This document shows positions 8,875 to 18,163 of a stretch of DNA of 28,011 nucleotides, in pieces. The stretch is from positions 1-28,011 of the IMG/VR virus record IMGVR_UViG_3300014656_006068, one strand, 5' to 3'. Under the pieces are notes generated by a model. It did no database searches, was not told the DNA's origin, and saw only the letters and a program-made list of their open reading frames with translations. The translations under genes were made by a program, and so were the position numbers. The number at the start of each line of letters is the position of its first letter. Within the stretch, counting starts at the first letter, position 1. The stretch comes from a virus. Taxonomy: Duplodnaviria; Caudoviricetes.

Positions 8875-11119
8875 AAATTTCTACCGGTTCACTAACTTTA
8901 GAAATTCTTATGATTTTTTCATTATCAGCAATATCATAACTAACAGAATCTATAACATTTTCCCAAAGCTTTTTCTTTTCTCTATATTTTACATACTCAT
9001 CTCTTAAAGGATTAAGCTCGTTATCTATTTCAGCTCCTGTTGTACTGATCCCTGCTTTTTCAACTTCTGCAATAGGTATTTCATAATCAAACTTTTCTTT
9101 TACTTTAGACTTTATTTCTATTTCAATCTTTAATTCATAATTTTTCAACTGCTTTCTAGCTTCTTTCTTTTCATCCTTATTAAGAGCCATTTTTCCCTTT
9201 TGCTCCAACATTTTTTTCAGAGCTAATACTTCTTGCTCATATTTTTTGTTTACTTCCTTTTCCGCTTCAGATACAATTTTTAAATAAGTTTTGCTCTCTT
9301 CGTCAGTAAATTTTTTAAAGAATAGTAAACTTGGCTTTACCGTTGCACCAGAAGCAATAAATACATCTTGAGGTATTGAAGTTATTAAAAGTATTTTTGC
9401 TTTGCTCTCAACATAGTCACGTATCTTCTGTAAATTGCTATTATTTAAAACACCCTCAGGCAAAACAATTCCCATTCTTCCTCCAGGCCTTAGTAACATT
9501 AAACTTCTCTCTATAAATAGAACTTCTGTTAAAGAACTCATTTTTCCTGTTTCATACAAATTCAGAATTGGAGACCCAATATTATCTGTAACCTGTTTCA
9601 TTGCTTCGTTATAAGCGGGACCAAATATATTTTGATATTTCTTAATTCTTGTCTCATCAGTAAATTTATCGTCTTCCGTTATTTTCAACGTCTTTTCTAC
9701 CCTCGAACCAAATGGGGGATTTGTTAATATTATATCAAATCGATTCTCAAAAATTCCATTTACATTAAGTAAACCATCATTATGATGCACTCCACCATGA
9801 CCATCGCCATGCATTATCATATTCATTTTTGCAGTTCTACTCATTCGAGAATTTGCATCAGTTCCAAAAATACAATCATACGAAAGTGTTCTTAAGCGAC
9901 TTCTCTCATTATTTATGTCCAACTCTGTGTTAAGTTTATTAAATAAATTATTTACAATTTCGTCAATTAATGTTTTCTCTTTCTCTGAAAGTTTTTCAAA
10001 ACTTGCATCATAGTATTTTACCTTTATCTTCTCTTTTGCTTTCTGTATATCTTCTTCAATTTGCGACCTTACATATTCAAATGTCTTAATCAAAAAGCCA
10101 CCACTCCCACAAGCGGGGTCGCAAACCACCTCTCCCTCATGAGGATCAAGTATTTCTACCATAAAATCAACTACTGGTCTAGGTGTAAAAAATTGTCCTA
10201 ACTCACCTCTAAAAGTCCTTCCTAAGAATTTTTCAAATGCTATCCCTTTCACATCATCTGAAGTAGTTGAAAGATTATATTTTTGCAGCTCTTTAACTAT
10301 TGCTTCAAAACTACCTTGCTTAACATTTATTTTTTCATGACTTTCAAACAGATCATCATCTTTAAAATCTTTTTTTGTTTGCTCAAATAAAAATTGATAG
10401 AACTCAGGTGCATCATCTGATTTAAATTGTTCGTAGTTTTTTCTACCCTTTTCAAATTCATCTAATGAAAAAATTTGAGTTCCATCATTAGTTCTCTCAT
10501 ATCTAATTTTAATAAATAAAATTTTACTAATTTCATCAAATGCAGCTTCAGGTGATAGTTTGTCATTATTCCTAATAATATTGTGACATTTGAAAAGTAG
10601 TTTAGAAAACTCATCTCTAGTAAAGGCTTTTGTTTGCTGCAATAATTCAATAATTTTTTTCTTATCATTAATTATTTTAGCATCAGGCATATCAATAATT
10701 TCATCAAGTCTTTTAGGGATCTTACCTTTACGTACCTTGAAAACTCTTGTCTCTTTTAAATTTGTTGTAACAAAGAATTCAGCCCCAGCCCATGAAGCGT
10801 AGTTGTACCCTTGAAAAAAATCTTCTTCTCTAATAGTCAAATGCTCGGCTTTACACTCTATAACTATTGTTGGACTGTTCTCTTTTATTCTATCATCTTT
10901 CGATTTCCATACAACAATATCAGCCATTGCACGCCCTTGGCCTCTTTGAGAATTGTTTACCTTCTCTTCTTGTGACATTTGCTCAAACGTAAAGCCATAA
11001 TGGTTAATTAAACGACAAATATATTTCTGCCTTACCATTTCTTCAGGCTTTGACATTAACCACTTGTTTTTAAGAGGTGCAAATATTTTATTATCTTTAG
11101 TTTGAACTTCACACTTCAT
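8867..11119 (-). CDS. N6-adenine DNA methyltransferase fused to an N-terminal HsdR_N-like PD-(D/E)xK nuclease (type IIB/IIG-like RM subunit)
   Basis: N-terminal PEEMVRQ...ADIVVW...IECKA; GQFFTPR; motif I DPACGSGGFL; motif IV TNPPF. 8-bp overlap with the S gene. Confidence 0.9.
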   Translation of the reverse strand: MKCEVQTKDNKIFAPLKNKWLMSKPEEMVRQKYICRLINHYGFTFEQMSQEEKVNNSQRGQGRAMADIVVWKSKDDRIKENSPTIVIECKAEHLTIREEDFFQGYNYASWAGAEFFVTTNLKETRVFKVRKGKIPKRLDEIIDMPDAKIINDKKKIIELLQQTKAFTRDEFSKLLFKCHNIIRNNDKLSPEAAFDEISKILFIKIRYERTNDGTQIFSLDEFEKGRKNYEQFKSDDAPEFYQFLFEQTKKDFKDDDLFESHEKINVKQGSFEAIVKELQKYNLSTTSDDVKGIAFEKFLGRTFRGELGQFFTPRPVVDFMVEILDPHEGEVVCDPACGSGGFLIKTFEYVRSQIEEDIQKAKEKIKVKYYDASFEKLSEKEKTLIDEIVNNLFNKLNTELDINNERSRLRTLSYDCIFGTDANSRMSRTAKMNMIMHGDGHGGVHHNDGLLNVNGIFENRFDIILTNPPFGSRVEKTLKITEDDKFTDETRIKKYQNIFGPAYNEAMKQVTDNIGSPILNLYETGKMSSLTEVLFIERSLMLLRPGGRMGIVLPEGVLNNSNLQKIRDYVESKAKILLITSIPQDVFIASGATVKPSLLFFKKFTDEESKTYLKIVSEAEKEVNKKYEQEVLALKKMLEQKGKMALNKDEKKEARKQLKNYELKIEIEIKSKVKEKFDYEIPIAEVEKAGISTTGAEIDNELNPLRDEYVKYREKKKLWENVIDSVSYDIADNEKIIRISKVSEPVEIYG

Positions 11120-11271
11120 CTTAGTTGCCTTTTGCTCTAGTTATGTTTCAGAATAATATTGTGCAAAATACTAAATAAAAACAATTAAATAACCTTATTC
11201 CAACTTCTTTAATCCATTTCATTTTTATTCGTATATTAGCTACAACTATTATAAACCCAAGAGGCAACAAC

Positions 11272-11550
11272 ATGAACGAAATGTTAAACAAAGCCATCAC
11301 AAATGAAGCAACCAATTTGTATATATCATTCGAAATGTTCAAAGAGCTTGCAGACAAAGGCTGTTATCTAAGATTTAATGATAATCTCGAAACACGTTTC
11401 GATATATTCGGAGGTTCAAATTATTTTGATAAAAATAAACTTAGCTTTTTTCTATTATCATTGGTGCAAGGTTCACTTGCCCTTCTAACAGAAAGAATGG
11501 AAAATAGACTTAAAGAATTTGGTCCAATAGATGACTATCCAAAATCATAA
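11272..11550 (+). CDS. Hypothetical protein (92 aa), possibly a gene fragment
   Basis: GAGG RBS 7 nt upstream of the ATG; no recognisable motif. Confidence 0.5.
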   Translation: MNEMLNKAITNEATNLYISFEMFKELADKGCYLRFNDNLETRFDIFGGSNYFDKNKLSFFLLSLVQGSLALLTERMENRLKEFGPIDDYPKS

Positions 11551-11599
11551 ATCTTTACAAAAATTATTAACAATATCCACAGCCAAGTAAAATAATCTC

Positions 11600-11628
11600 T
11601 TGACAACACAATTTTTATTCTTTAAGTT
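11600..11628 (+). promoter_or_regulatory. Sigma70-type promoter
   Basis: TTGACA (11600-11605), 17-bp spacer, TAAGTT (11623-11628). Confidence 0.55.
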
Positions 11629-11634
11629 TCAACT

Positions 11635-11708
11635 GATAGTTGTAGCAATACAACGACTCAAAAGGGCTACTGAGGTTGTGCCCTCTACCTTGGTAGCCCT
11701 TCCTTTTT
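11635..11708 (+). ncRNA. Candidate ~75-nt small RNA: GCAA-tetraloop hairpin plus 14-bp terminator hairpin
   Basis: GTTGTA-GCAA-TACAAC (11639-11654); AAGGGCTACTGAGG / CCTTGGTAGCCCTT (11662-11701) with two G-U pairs that form only on the + strand, followed by a T run; promoter directly upstream. Confidence 0.5.
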
Positions 11709-11810
11709 CTTCTTGAAACTTCAATTTTACTAATAATTATATGTTTGTTTTAGTTGATTTGGTTATTATCAATTATGCAACCACCCCTTTGCAAATATTT
11801 TCTTGGAGCT

Positions 11811-14006
11811 TTAATCTTTTAATTTTTGTAATTCATCACAGATTGTTTCTATTTTCGGTTCTATCTCATCTTTTTTAAGTGTTATTGTATTTTTATCAAA
11901 ACCATAACTTATTAATAATTTACTAAATTTATCTGGGATTCTTGGAGAATAATGCCAATAATGATTTTCCGTTATTTTTTCACACAACTTTAGTCGAAAT
12001 TTGTTGGTTCCAAAAAACTCTATAATTAAATAATATTTATTTTTATCATAATCAAAAGGTCCAATAAAAATATGAGGTTCTTCTGTGGATTTGCTTTCAT
12101 AATAACGTGTTCGTTGAAAAGGCATAAATATTTTGTCTTGAAATACATGTTCATACAAGTCCCATGAATTTAATTCTCTATGCATTCCATTCATTTGAAC
12201 TTTTGATAAAAGATAAATTTTATCTGAATAGAACCTTATTTGACGATAATTGCAATAAGAAATATTATCAGGTTTTTCTATAATATACTTCATCCAATTT
12301 GTTTTGCTGTGTCTTCTTACAATTGCAATTAAACTATCTTTGATATTATATTCATCAACATCCATCAATAATTCTTTTAAATATTTTGTTTTGAGATTAT
12401 CATTAAAAACCTTTCTCCAATTATCCATTTTTGTTCTTAATGCTTCATCAAATATGCAAAATGTTTTATTTTGACCAACATCAACAAGATAATTACCTTT
12501 TGTTAATAATGCTCTTTGGAATAAATAGTCATACTTCTCCCTGAATTCCTTTCCAAATAGTTTTGAAAGTATTTGGGAGCTGCTTCTAAAAATATCTTTA
12601 TCATAATTATTGTTTTGATCTTTAGAGTACTCTAGAATAAACCCAATTTGCCCATCAAAATATGGATGCTGTTCAATATTAGAAAACAATTCTTCCCATT
12701 CTGAATTCTCAATTATTAACTTTGCTTTAGTACTTTCTTCTTTTCTCTGAATACCTAAGAAATATTCAATTGTATCTGAAGATTGACCTATTGATGTGTA
12801 AATATCTTCGATATTCTCACTCAATTTTTTGATTGCACGGATTGCATCTTGATAATTATCAGCACTTTGAATTAAAGTATTATTGATAAGATTAGTTGAA
12901 ACTCTCAACCACCTTTTAAAGATATATTCATTTTCATCAGTTATTTTCCCATAGTTTATGAAAAAAAGTCCAAGGGAATAAAAACGTATTCTTTGCCAAT
13001 AATTTATTGATGATGATAAAAAGTCTATGAAAATTTTTTTAATATCCTCATAATCAATTAGTCCATCTAATATTTTAGTAATCTGATTTACATTATTCTC
13101 ACTTTGGTATACTTCTTGGTAATTATCAAAAAGGTTAAAATTTTCAACTATTTCTTTATTAACTGGTTTTAATTCTGCATAAAAATTCAGTGTGATATTT
13201 TTAAAAAAATTGAAGAATTTCTCATCAACATTTTTAGTGATTATTTCTGAGTGCTCGTTTTTTTCAAAATTCCAAAACACATCTAACCATTCATTGTCTA
13301 ATTTTGATTTTTCTTCTATTGATGTTAAATATTGAGAGAAATTTGCTTTGAAATTTTCAAATTCAGTAAGTGGCTTACCTCTTGCATTCATTTTTATATA
13401 AAGTTCATCAGTAAGTTTGAACTGTTCAAGAGGTAAAAACTGAAAAGTTACATTATTTCCTTTTTCCAATTTCTCAAATAAAGGTTGTTCAAGATCTTTA
13501 AACTTACTGTGTATCGTATCTAGCATATTCAACATAGCTGATACAGTAGGATCAAGTTCCCAAGACAAATAATACCATTTGCTATCTTTTATCGTATTAC
13601 TAATCTTCCCATTTATTGCATTGTAATCTATATTTTCATTTATTAGACTTTTGCAGAAATCACCCGAACTTACTCTGGTCTCATACGTAAATTTTAATAG
13701 AACTGATTTTATTTCATCAGTTAGCTTGTTTTCTTTTAATACAATATACCAGTGAATTAAAAACAAAGTGGTTAAGCGTTGTTGACCATCAAGTGGTATT
13801 AGTATATTATTTTCAACTTTACCATAAACAAAATCAAGATTTAATTCCTCGTTTTTTTTAATGGACTCTTTTATATCCTCTAAGAATTTATCTACAATTT
13901 TTACAATTGCAATGTCTTTTCTACCCTGTGCATAATCACGTTGAATTTTTGGAATTTCAACTCCATAATTTCTTAATAATTCCCAAAAAGTATATTTAGT
14001 CTTCAT
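11811..14006 (-). CDS. DUF262 (GmrS/ParB-like) domain protein with a long C-terminal region lacking an obvious HNH motif
   Basis: IPKIQRDYAQGR, PLDGQQRLTTL, MNARGKPLT. Start placed at ATG 14006 (MKTKYTF), overlapping the upstream stop; the ORF track starts at 14036. Confidence 0.85.
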   Translation of the reverse strand: MKTKYTFWELLRNYGVEIPKIQRDYAQGRKDIAIVKIVDKFLEDIKESIKKNEELNLDFVYGKVENNILIPLDGQQRLTTLFLIHWYIVLKENKLTDEIKSVLLKFTYETRVSSGDFCKSLINENIDYNAINGKISNTIKDSKWYYLSWELDPTVSAMLNMLDTIHSKFKDLEQPLFEKLEKGNNVTFQFLPLEQFKLTDELYIKMNARGKPLTEFENFKANFSQYLTSIEEKSKLDNEWLDVFWNFEKNEHSEIITKNVDEKFFNFFKNITLNFYAELKPVNKEIVENFNLFDNYQEVYQSENNVNQITKILDGLIDYEDIKKIFIDFLSSSINYWQRIRFYSLGLFFINYGKITDENEYIFKRWLRVSTNLINNTLIQSADNYQDAIRAIKKLSENIEDIYTSIGQSSDTIEYFLGIQRKEESTKAKLIIENSEWEELFSNIEQHPYFDGQIGFILEYSKDQNNNYDKDIFRSSSQILSKLFGKEFREKYDYLFQRALLTKGNYLVDVGQNKTFCIFDEALRTKMDNWRKVFNDNLKTKYLKELLMDVDEYNIKDSLIAIVRRHSKTNWMKYIIEKPDNISYCNYRQIRFYSDKIYLLSKVQMNGMHRELNSWDLYEHVFQDKIFMPFQRTRYYESKSTEEPHIFIGPFDYDKNKYYLIIEFFGTNKFRLKLCEKITENHYWHYSPRIPDKFSKLLISYGFDKNTITLKKDEIEPKIETICDELQKLKD

Positions 14007-15780
14007 CAGTTTTTTCTTCATTAGGTAAGAATTCATTTAACTTTGTTTCAATTTCATTCCGATATGCTTCCTTATCTTTTTTTGTCCACTCTGAATTTTG
14101 AGAAACGTCTTTACTATAATATTTAAGAAATACATTTTTTGTGCAAATAGGTATAAATGAACCTTTTTCGTCTAGTTCAATTATCTTATCTCTTTTTATC
14201 GGAAAAATGTTATTGTTTAATGCAGAATTATCTTCAGTGGAAAGTAAAGCCATGTTATCAATGGAATGTATATTTACGTTTTCATTTTCCGAATATTTTT
14301 GAAATATTTCTTCCTGTAAACTAACAAATGAATCAAGTTCAATATTACTAACTTTTAAAAGGTTTGTTATTTTTTCTTCGATATTTTCCTCTTTTACATT
14401 GTTGAAAAATATTTTTTGTTCTTCTAATAGTAGCCTTCTTTGTTTGTCAGTTTTTAAATCTTCTGAATTTTGTGCGTGAATATGCTCCAAACTCCACTTT
14501 TCTTCAATAAATCTTTCAAAAGGGAATTTTGAATATTTACTATTCATTGTTGAAACAACATTAAACAAAAGCAATATTTCCCTAATGAGATCACTGTTTT
14601 CTTCATACGACAATTCAATTATCGATTCAATTCTCTTTTTTTCAAATTTTCTCTTAATATCTAAACTTATTAATTTAATTAGTTCTTTTTTGAAATCTGA
14701 TTTTGAGATATTATTAGAAAGTAATTTAATTTGTTCAACATCTTCACCTATATGAATTAAATAACCAATTAAATGATAATATACATTGTTATTATACCAT
14801 TCTTCAAAAGTTCTAAAATATGTTTTTATTTCTTCCCATAATTCATTTTTTGTTTTTTTGTTGTTCTTTATTAGGTTATTGAATATATAGAAAGTATAGT
14901 ACTTGTCAATTGATTTGTTTATCTTAATTGTTACCTCATTTCGATATTTATTTGCAATTAAATCAAAGATATATGCAATTTTTGTAGGCTTTGAGTTGTA
15001 AGTTTTATTTAAGAAAAACCAAAAACTCTTATTTTGTAAAGTATTTTCTATATTTTCCCATTCGTAAGCAAGTTTCTGTTGGTATTTTTCTCTTTCCTTA
15101 TCTGTTTGGCTACTATTTATAAAAAATAGAGCTTTAATAAGTTCAGCGTTTGTAAGTGAAATTTTGCCCATATTTATTCTTGTGAAAATATTCTTTGATA
15201 AATTCTCACTTTTCGGTTGCACTTCGTACCAAATAAATCGCACATTATTGGCAATGTCTTTAGCATCTCTGTAGTCTACTTTTAGTAGAGTATTTAAATA
15301 ATCAGCTTTATTAATGTTATTGTATTCAAACCATTTTTTTATTGATATATAGGCTTTACTAATGTGAAAAAAGTCAATGTTTTTAGTATTAACCTCTTTT
15401 GTTTCTAATATTTTTTCTAAAAATTCTTTGCTGCTGTAATCTTCTTTTTCTCTTGTTTCATAAGATATGACAAATTTCTCAACTCTGTTAAACATAATTT
15501 TTCTTGCTTCTTCGAGATAGGATAAAAGAATGAATAGCGTAGTAAGCCTTTGTTGTCCATCAATAACTTCCCATCCATCATTTATCTTTTTAGTCACGAC
15601 TATTGGTTGAAGACAATAAAATTCACCTTTTTCTTTATCTTCTTTCTCTTGAAATTCAAGAATATCCTCCAATAAATCTATTACTTGTCTTTCGTTCCAC
15701 CGATAGCCTCTTTGGTAAGCAGGAATGAAAAATTCTTTTTTTAATAAATTTTCAATTGGTATTAATTCTAGTTTATCCAT
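13996..15780 (-). CDS. GmrSD-like protein: DUF262 plus C-terminal DUF1524/HNH nuclease (type IV restriction-like)
   Basis: IPAYQRGYRW, VIDGQQRLTT, FTRINMGK; C-terminal SLEHIHAQN...IDNMALL...NSALNN. Confidence 0.9.
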   Translation of the reverse strand: MDKLELIPIENLLKKEFFIPAYQRGYRWNERQVIDLLEDILEFQEKEDKEKGEFYCLQPIVVTKKINDGWEVIDGQQRLTTLFILLSYLEEARKIMFNRVEKFVISYETREKEDYSSKEFLEKILETKEVNTKNIDFFHISKAYISIKKWFEYNNINKADYLNTLLKVDYRDAKDIANNVRFIWYEVQPKSENLSKNIFTRINMGKISLTNAELIKALFFINSSQTDKEREKYQQKLAYEWENIENTLQNKSFWFFLNKTYNSKPTKIAYIFDLIANKYRNEVTIKINKSIDKYYTFYIFNNLIKNNKKTKNELWEEIKTYFRTFEEWYNNNVYYHLIGYLIHIGEDVEQIKLLSNNISKSDFKKELIKLISLDIKRKFEKKRIESIIELSYEENSDLIREILLLFNVVSTMNSKYSKFPFERFIEEKWSLEHIHAQNSEDLKTDKQRRLLLEEQKIFFNNVKEENIEEKITNLLKVSNIELDSFVSLQEEIFQKYSENENVNIHSIDNMALLSTEDNSALNNNIFPIKRDKIIELDEKGSFIPICTKNVFLKYYSKDVSQNSEWTKKDKEAYRNEIETKLNEFLPNEEKTDED

Positions 15781-16244
15781 AAATATTTCTTTTATATATT
15801 AGCTAATGAATGACATAGTATAATTACTAATTACTTTAATTATTTTTAGAAAACTAACAATTCTAATCATTAAATACTAACATCATTAAACAAAAAACAC
15901 CCCGTCACATCACATTAGAAAGCCAGTATTACATAATTGCTGGTTATGCGATAGCGTGGAAATGCTTCGCATAACTTCAATTATATAAACTCGGCACAAA
16001 ACAAATTTGGTAGTAAATCAAAACAACATTTAGGAGCTTTGCCATATTAGTCTATCAAGATTTTACCACTTCACTACAAAGGGCAGAAAGAAATTCCCTT
16101 TTTCGTTCCGTTATTCAATGCCACTTAATTGCGTAGATGGGCTTCGGGTAAACGCTAAATTCCGCAAAAGTTATGAAGAAACTAACATTTGCTCCATTTA
16201 TCCTGCCTCGCCCAGAAAACCAAAAGAATTTAAATCTTTTACTT

Positions 16245-17720
16245 CTATCTCAACAACACCATCTTTCTAATCATTGAATTATTTCCACTTACAACTCTAT
16301 AAAAATAAATTCCACTAGAAAAAGAAGAAGCATTAAACTCTACTTTGTAATTACCACTTTGTTGCTCTTCATTAACTAAATTTGCAACTTCTTTCCCTAA
16401 AATATCATAAACCTTTAATTCCACAAATCCATTATTTGGTAAATCATAACTTATCACTGTACTAGGATTAAATGGATTTGGATAATTTTGATTGAGTGCA
16501 AATTTTGTAGGCAAAGCTTCAGCATAGACCTTAACTGTATTATTATTACCATATTTATTGTTTTTAGCTATAATCTTTAGTGTAGCATCTTCTTTCCCAG
16601 CATTTGTGGGTTTATATGTAATTACATTTGACCATCCCGAATTGGGAGCCAATGCGAAATTTTTACTCCATACTCTAAAATTTGGGTTGTCACTAATAAT
16701 ATCGGTTATAAATAATGTATCAAACCCATTGTTGCTCAACGAAAAGTGAGTAAATGAAGAATCGCCCACCTCTGGTTTTTCATTAAATTCAACTAATTTT
16801 GTAACTTCAAGTTGAGGAATATAAAAATCGTTCAAATCTCGTATCCATAATCCAGAATTATTTGTTGTAAAAACTTTATCCCCAATTACATTGGTGGCTT
16901 TAACCTCGTAAACTCCATCTCCTTTTAAGCCTAAATCGGACCTAACCCATCCATTCGAATTTTTGTTCTTGCAAACCAATCCATTGTTATATCCAGAAAT
17001 TATTAGTAGGTCGTCAAATACTGTAAAATCATTTATAAATTGTGCACTTGGACCAATATTAGTCCATTCGTCTATGTTTCCTTCAGATATAAGAATTCCG
17101 CTATTGGTTGCTCTATAAATTTTATTATCACTGACTTTCAATTCAAAAGTATTGCTGTAATCATCTATTTTTATCCAGGTCAAACCTTTATCAAAAGATT
17201 GGTATAAACCTTTATCATGTGCACCAAGTAGACTATTTTTATAATTAATGATAGTCATAAATGCATATGTCCAATCACTATCTATTACTTCCCAAGTATG
17301 TCCATCATCAGTGGAACGTAATAATTTTTCGCCATCAATTGGTACTGAAAGCAAGTAACCATCGCCTTTGTAAAACGCTCTAAATTTTCCTTGGTTTAAG
17401 TATTCCCAATTTTCCTCACCCTTAGATAATCTAAACAATCCCACATCCGTACAAGCATATAAATCTTCAAATTGATAAAATTTATAAACACTGAATTTAT
17501 CACCAACTGAGTCAAACTCATTTGAATATTTTACCCAAGTTTCTTCATCAGTAGTAGAATAATAAATCCCATCTCCACTTGTTCCAACTATTACTTTGTC
17601 ATTAAAATTCATCACACCAGATGTATGCTCTATATCTAATGTAGATTTTTGCCATTGAGCATTACATGCGTTTGAAATAAATAAAACTAAAAAAATACTT
17701 TTCAATAATTTCATAACCAC
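16245..17720 (-). CDS. Secreted beta-propeller (Asp-box/BNR) protein with Ig-like domain and T9SS type A sorting domain
   Basis: Signal peptide MKLLKSIFLVLFISNACNA; Asp-boxes RSTDDGHTW and QSFDKGLTW; C-terminal FALNQNYPNPFNPST...SSGIYFYRV...KMVLLR. Confidence 0.9.
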   Translation of the reverse strand: MVMKLLKSIFLVLFISNACNAQWQKSTLDIEHTSGVMNFNDKVIVGTSGDGIYYSTTDEETWVKYSNEFDSVGDKFSVYKFYQFEDLYACTDVGLFRLSKGEENWEYLNQGKFRAFYKGDGYLLSVPIDGEKLLRSTDDGHTWEVIDSDWTYAFMTIINYKNSLLGAHDKGLYQSFDKGLTWIKIDDYSNTFELKVSDNKIYRATNSGILISEGNIDEWTNIGPSAQFINDFTVFDDLLIISGYNNGLVCKNKNSNGWVRSDLGLKGDGVYEVKATNVIGDKVFTTNNSGLWIRDLNDFYIPQLEVTKLVEFNEKPEVGDSSFTHFSLSNNGFDTLFITDIISDNPNFRVWSKNFALAPNSGWSNVITYKPTNAGKEDATLKIIAKNNKYGNNNTVKVYAEALPTKFALNQNYPNPFNPSTVISYDLPNNGFVELKVYDILGKEVANLVNEEQQSGNYKVEFNASSFSSGIYFYRVVSGNNSMIRKMVLLR

Positions 17721-18074
17721 TCCCTTTTATAAACTACTTTATATGATTTCTTTTTTAACTTTGTCTGTTCTAACAATTATGCCTTATTAATCGTTATGTA
17801 TCAAAAAACTTCTATAGTCAACTTATTTTTCTTTAACCGGCATAACTCGTCTAATAGCAACAATAGCTTTTCTAATTTTTTTTCTTAAGTAAACCAGCGC
17901 TCATATTAAATCCCATCACATTTTCCTCACAAACATCCACACTATGCCTTTCTTAGTTTTTAACTTAAATAAATTGTTTTATAAAATCAAGATATGCAAT
18001 AATTATTGTTCAATATTTTAATATTACCTTATATCATTTTTAATGACTACAAACGACAATAAATGATCCTAATT

Positions 18075-18157
18075 ATCATCTGTGCAAATTCGTTCAAGCT
18101 GTGTTCTATTTTTCTTTATCCCTTGGAATGCTTTTTCTTTTAATATTCCACTGGGAT
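18075..18157 (+). repeat. Composite repeat at the portal 3' end: degenerate family B plus family D hairpin
   Basis: atcatctgtgcaaattcgttcaagctgtgttctatt, then atcccttggaat-N15-attccactgggat (18118-18157); similar to 19388-19477. Confidence 0.6.
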
Positions 18158-18163
18158 TCTTTT

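Noticed and set aside
7519-11119. Complete classical type I RM system
   Set aside because: No DEAD-box HsdR motor subunit in the window; the nuclease domain is fused to the methyltransferase instead.
11148-11357. 69-aa hydrophobic minus-strand ORF as a type I toxin paired with the candidate sRNA
   Set aside because: No clear RBS, overlaps a better supported plus-strand ORF, and does not overlap the sRNA.
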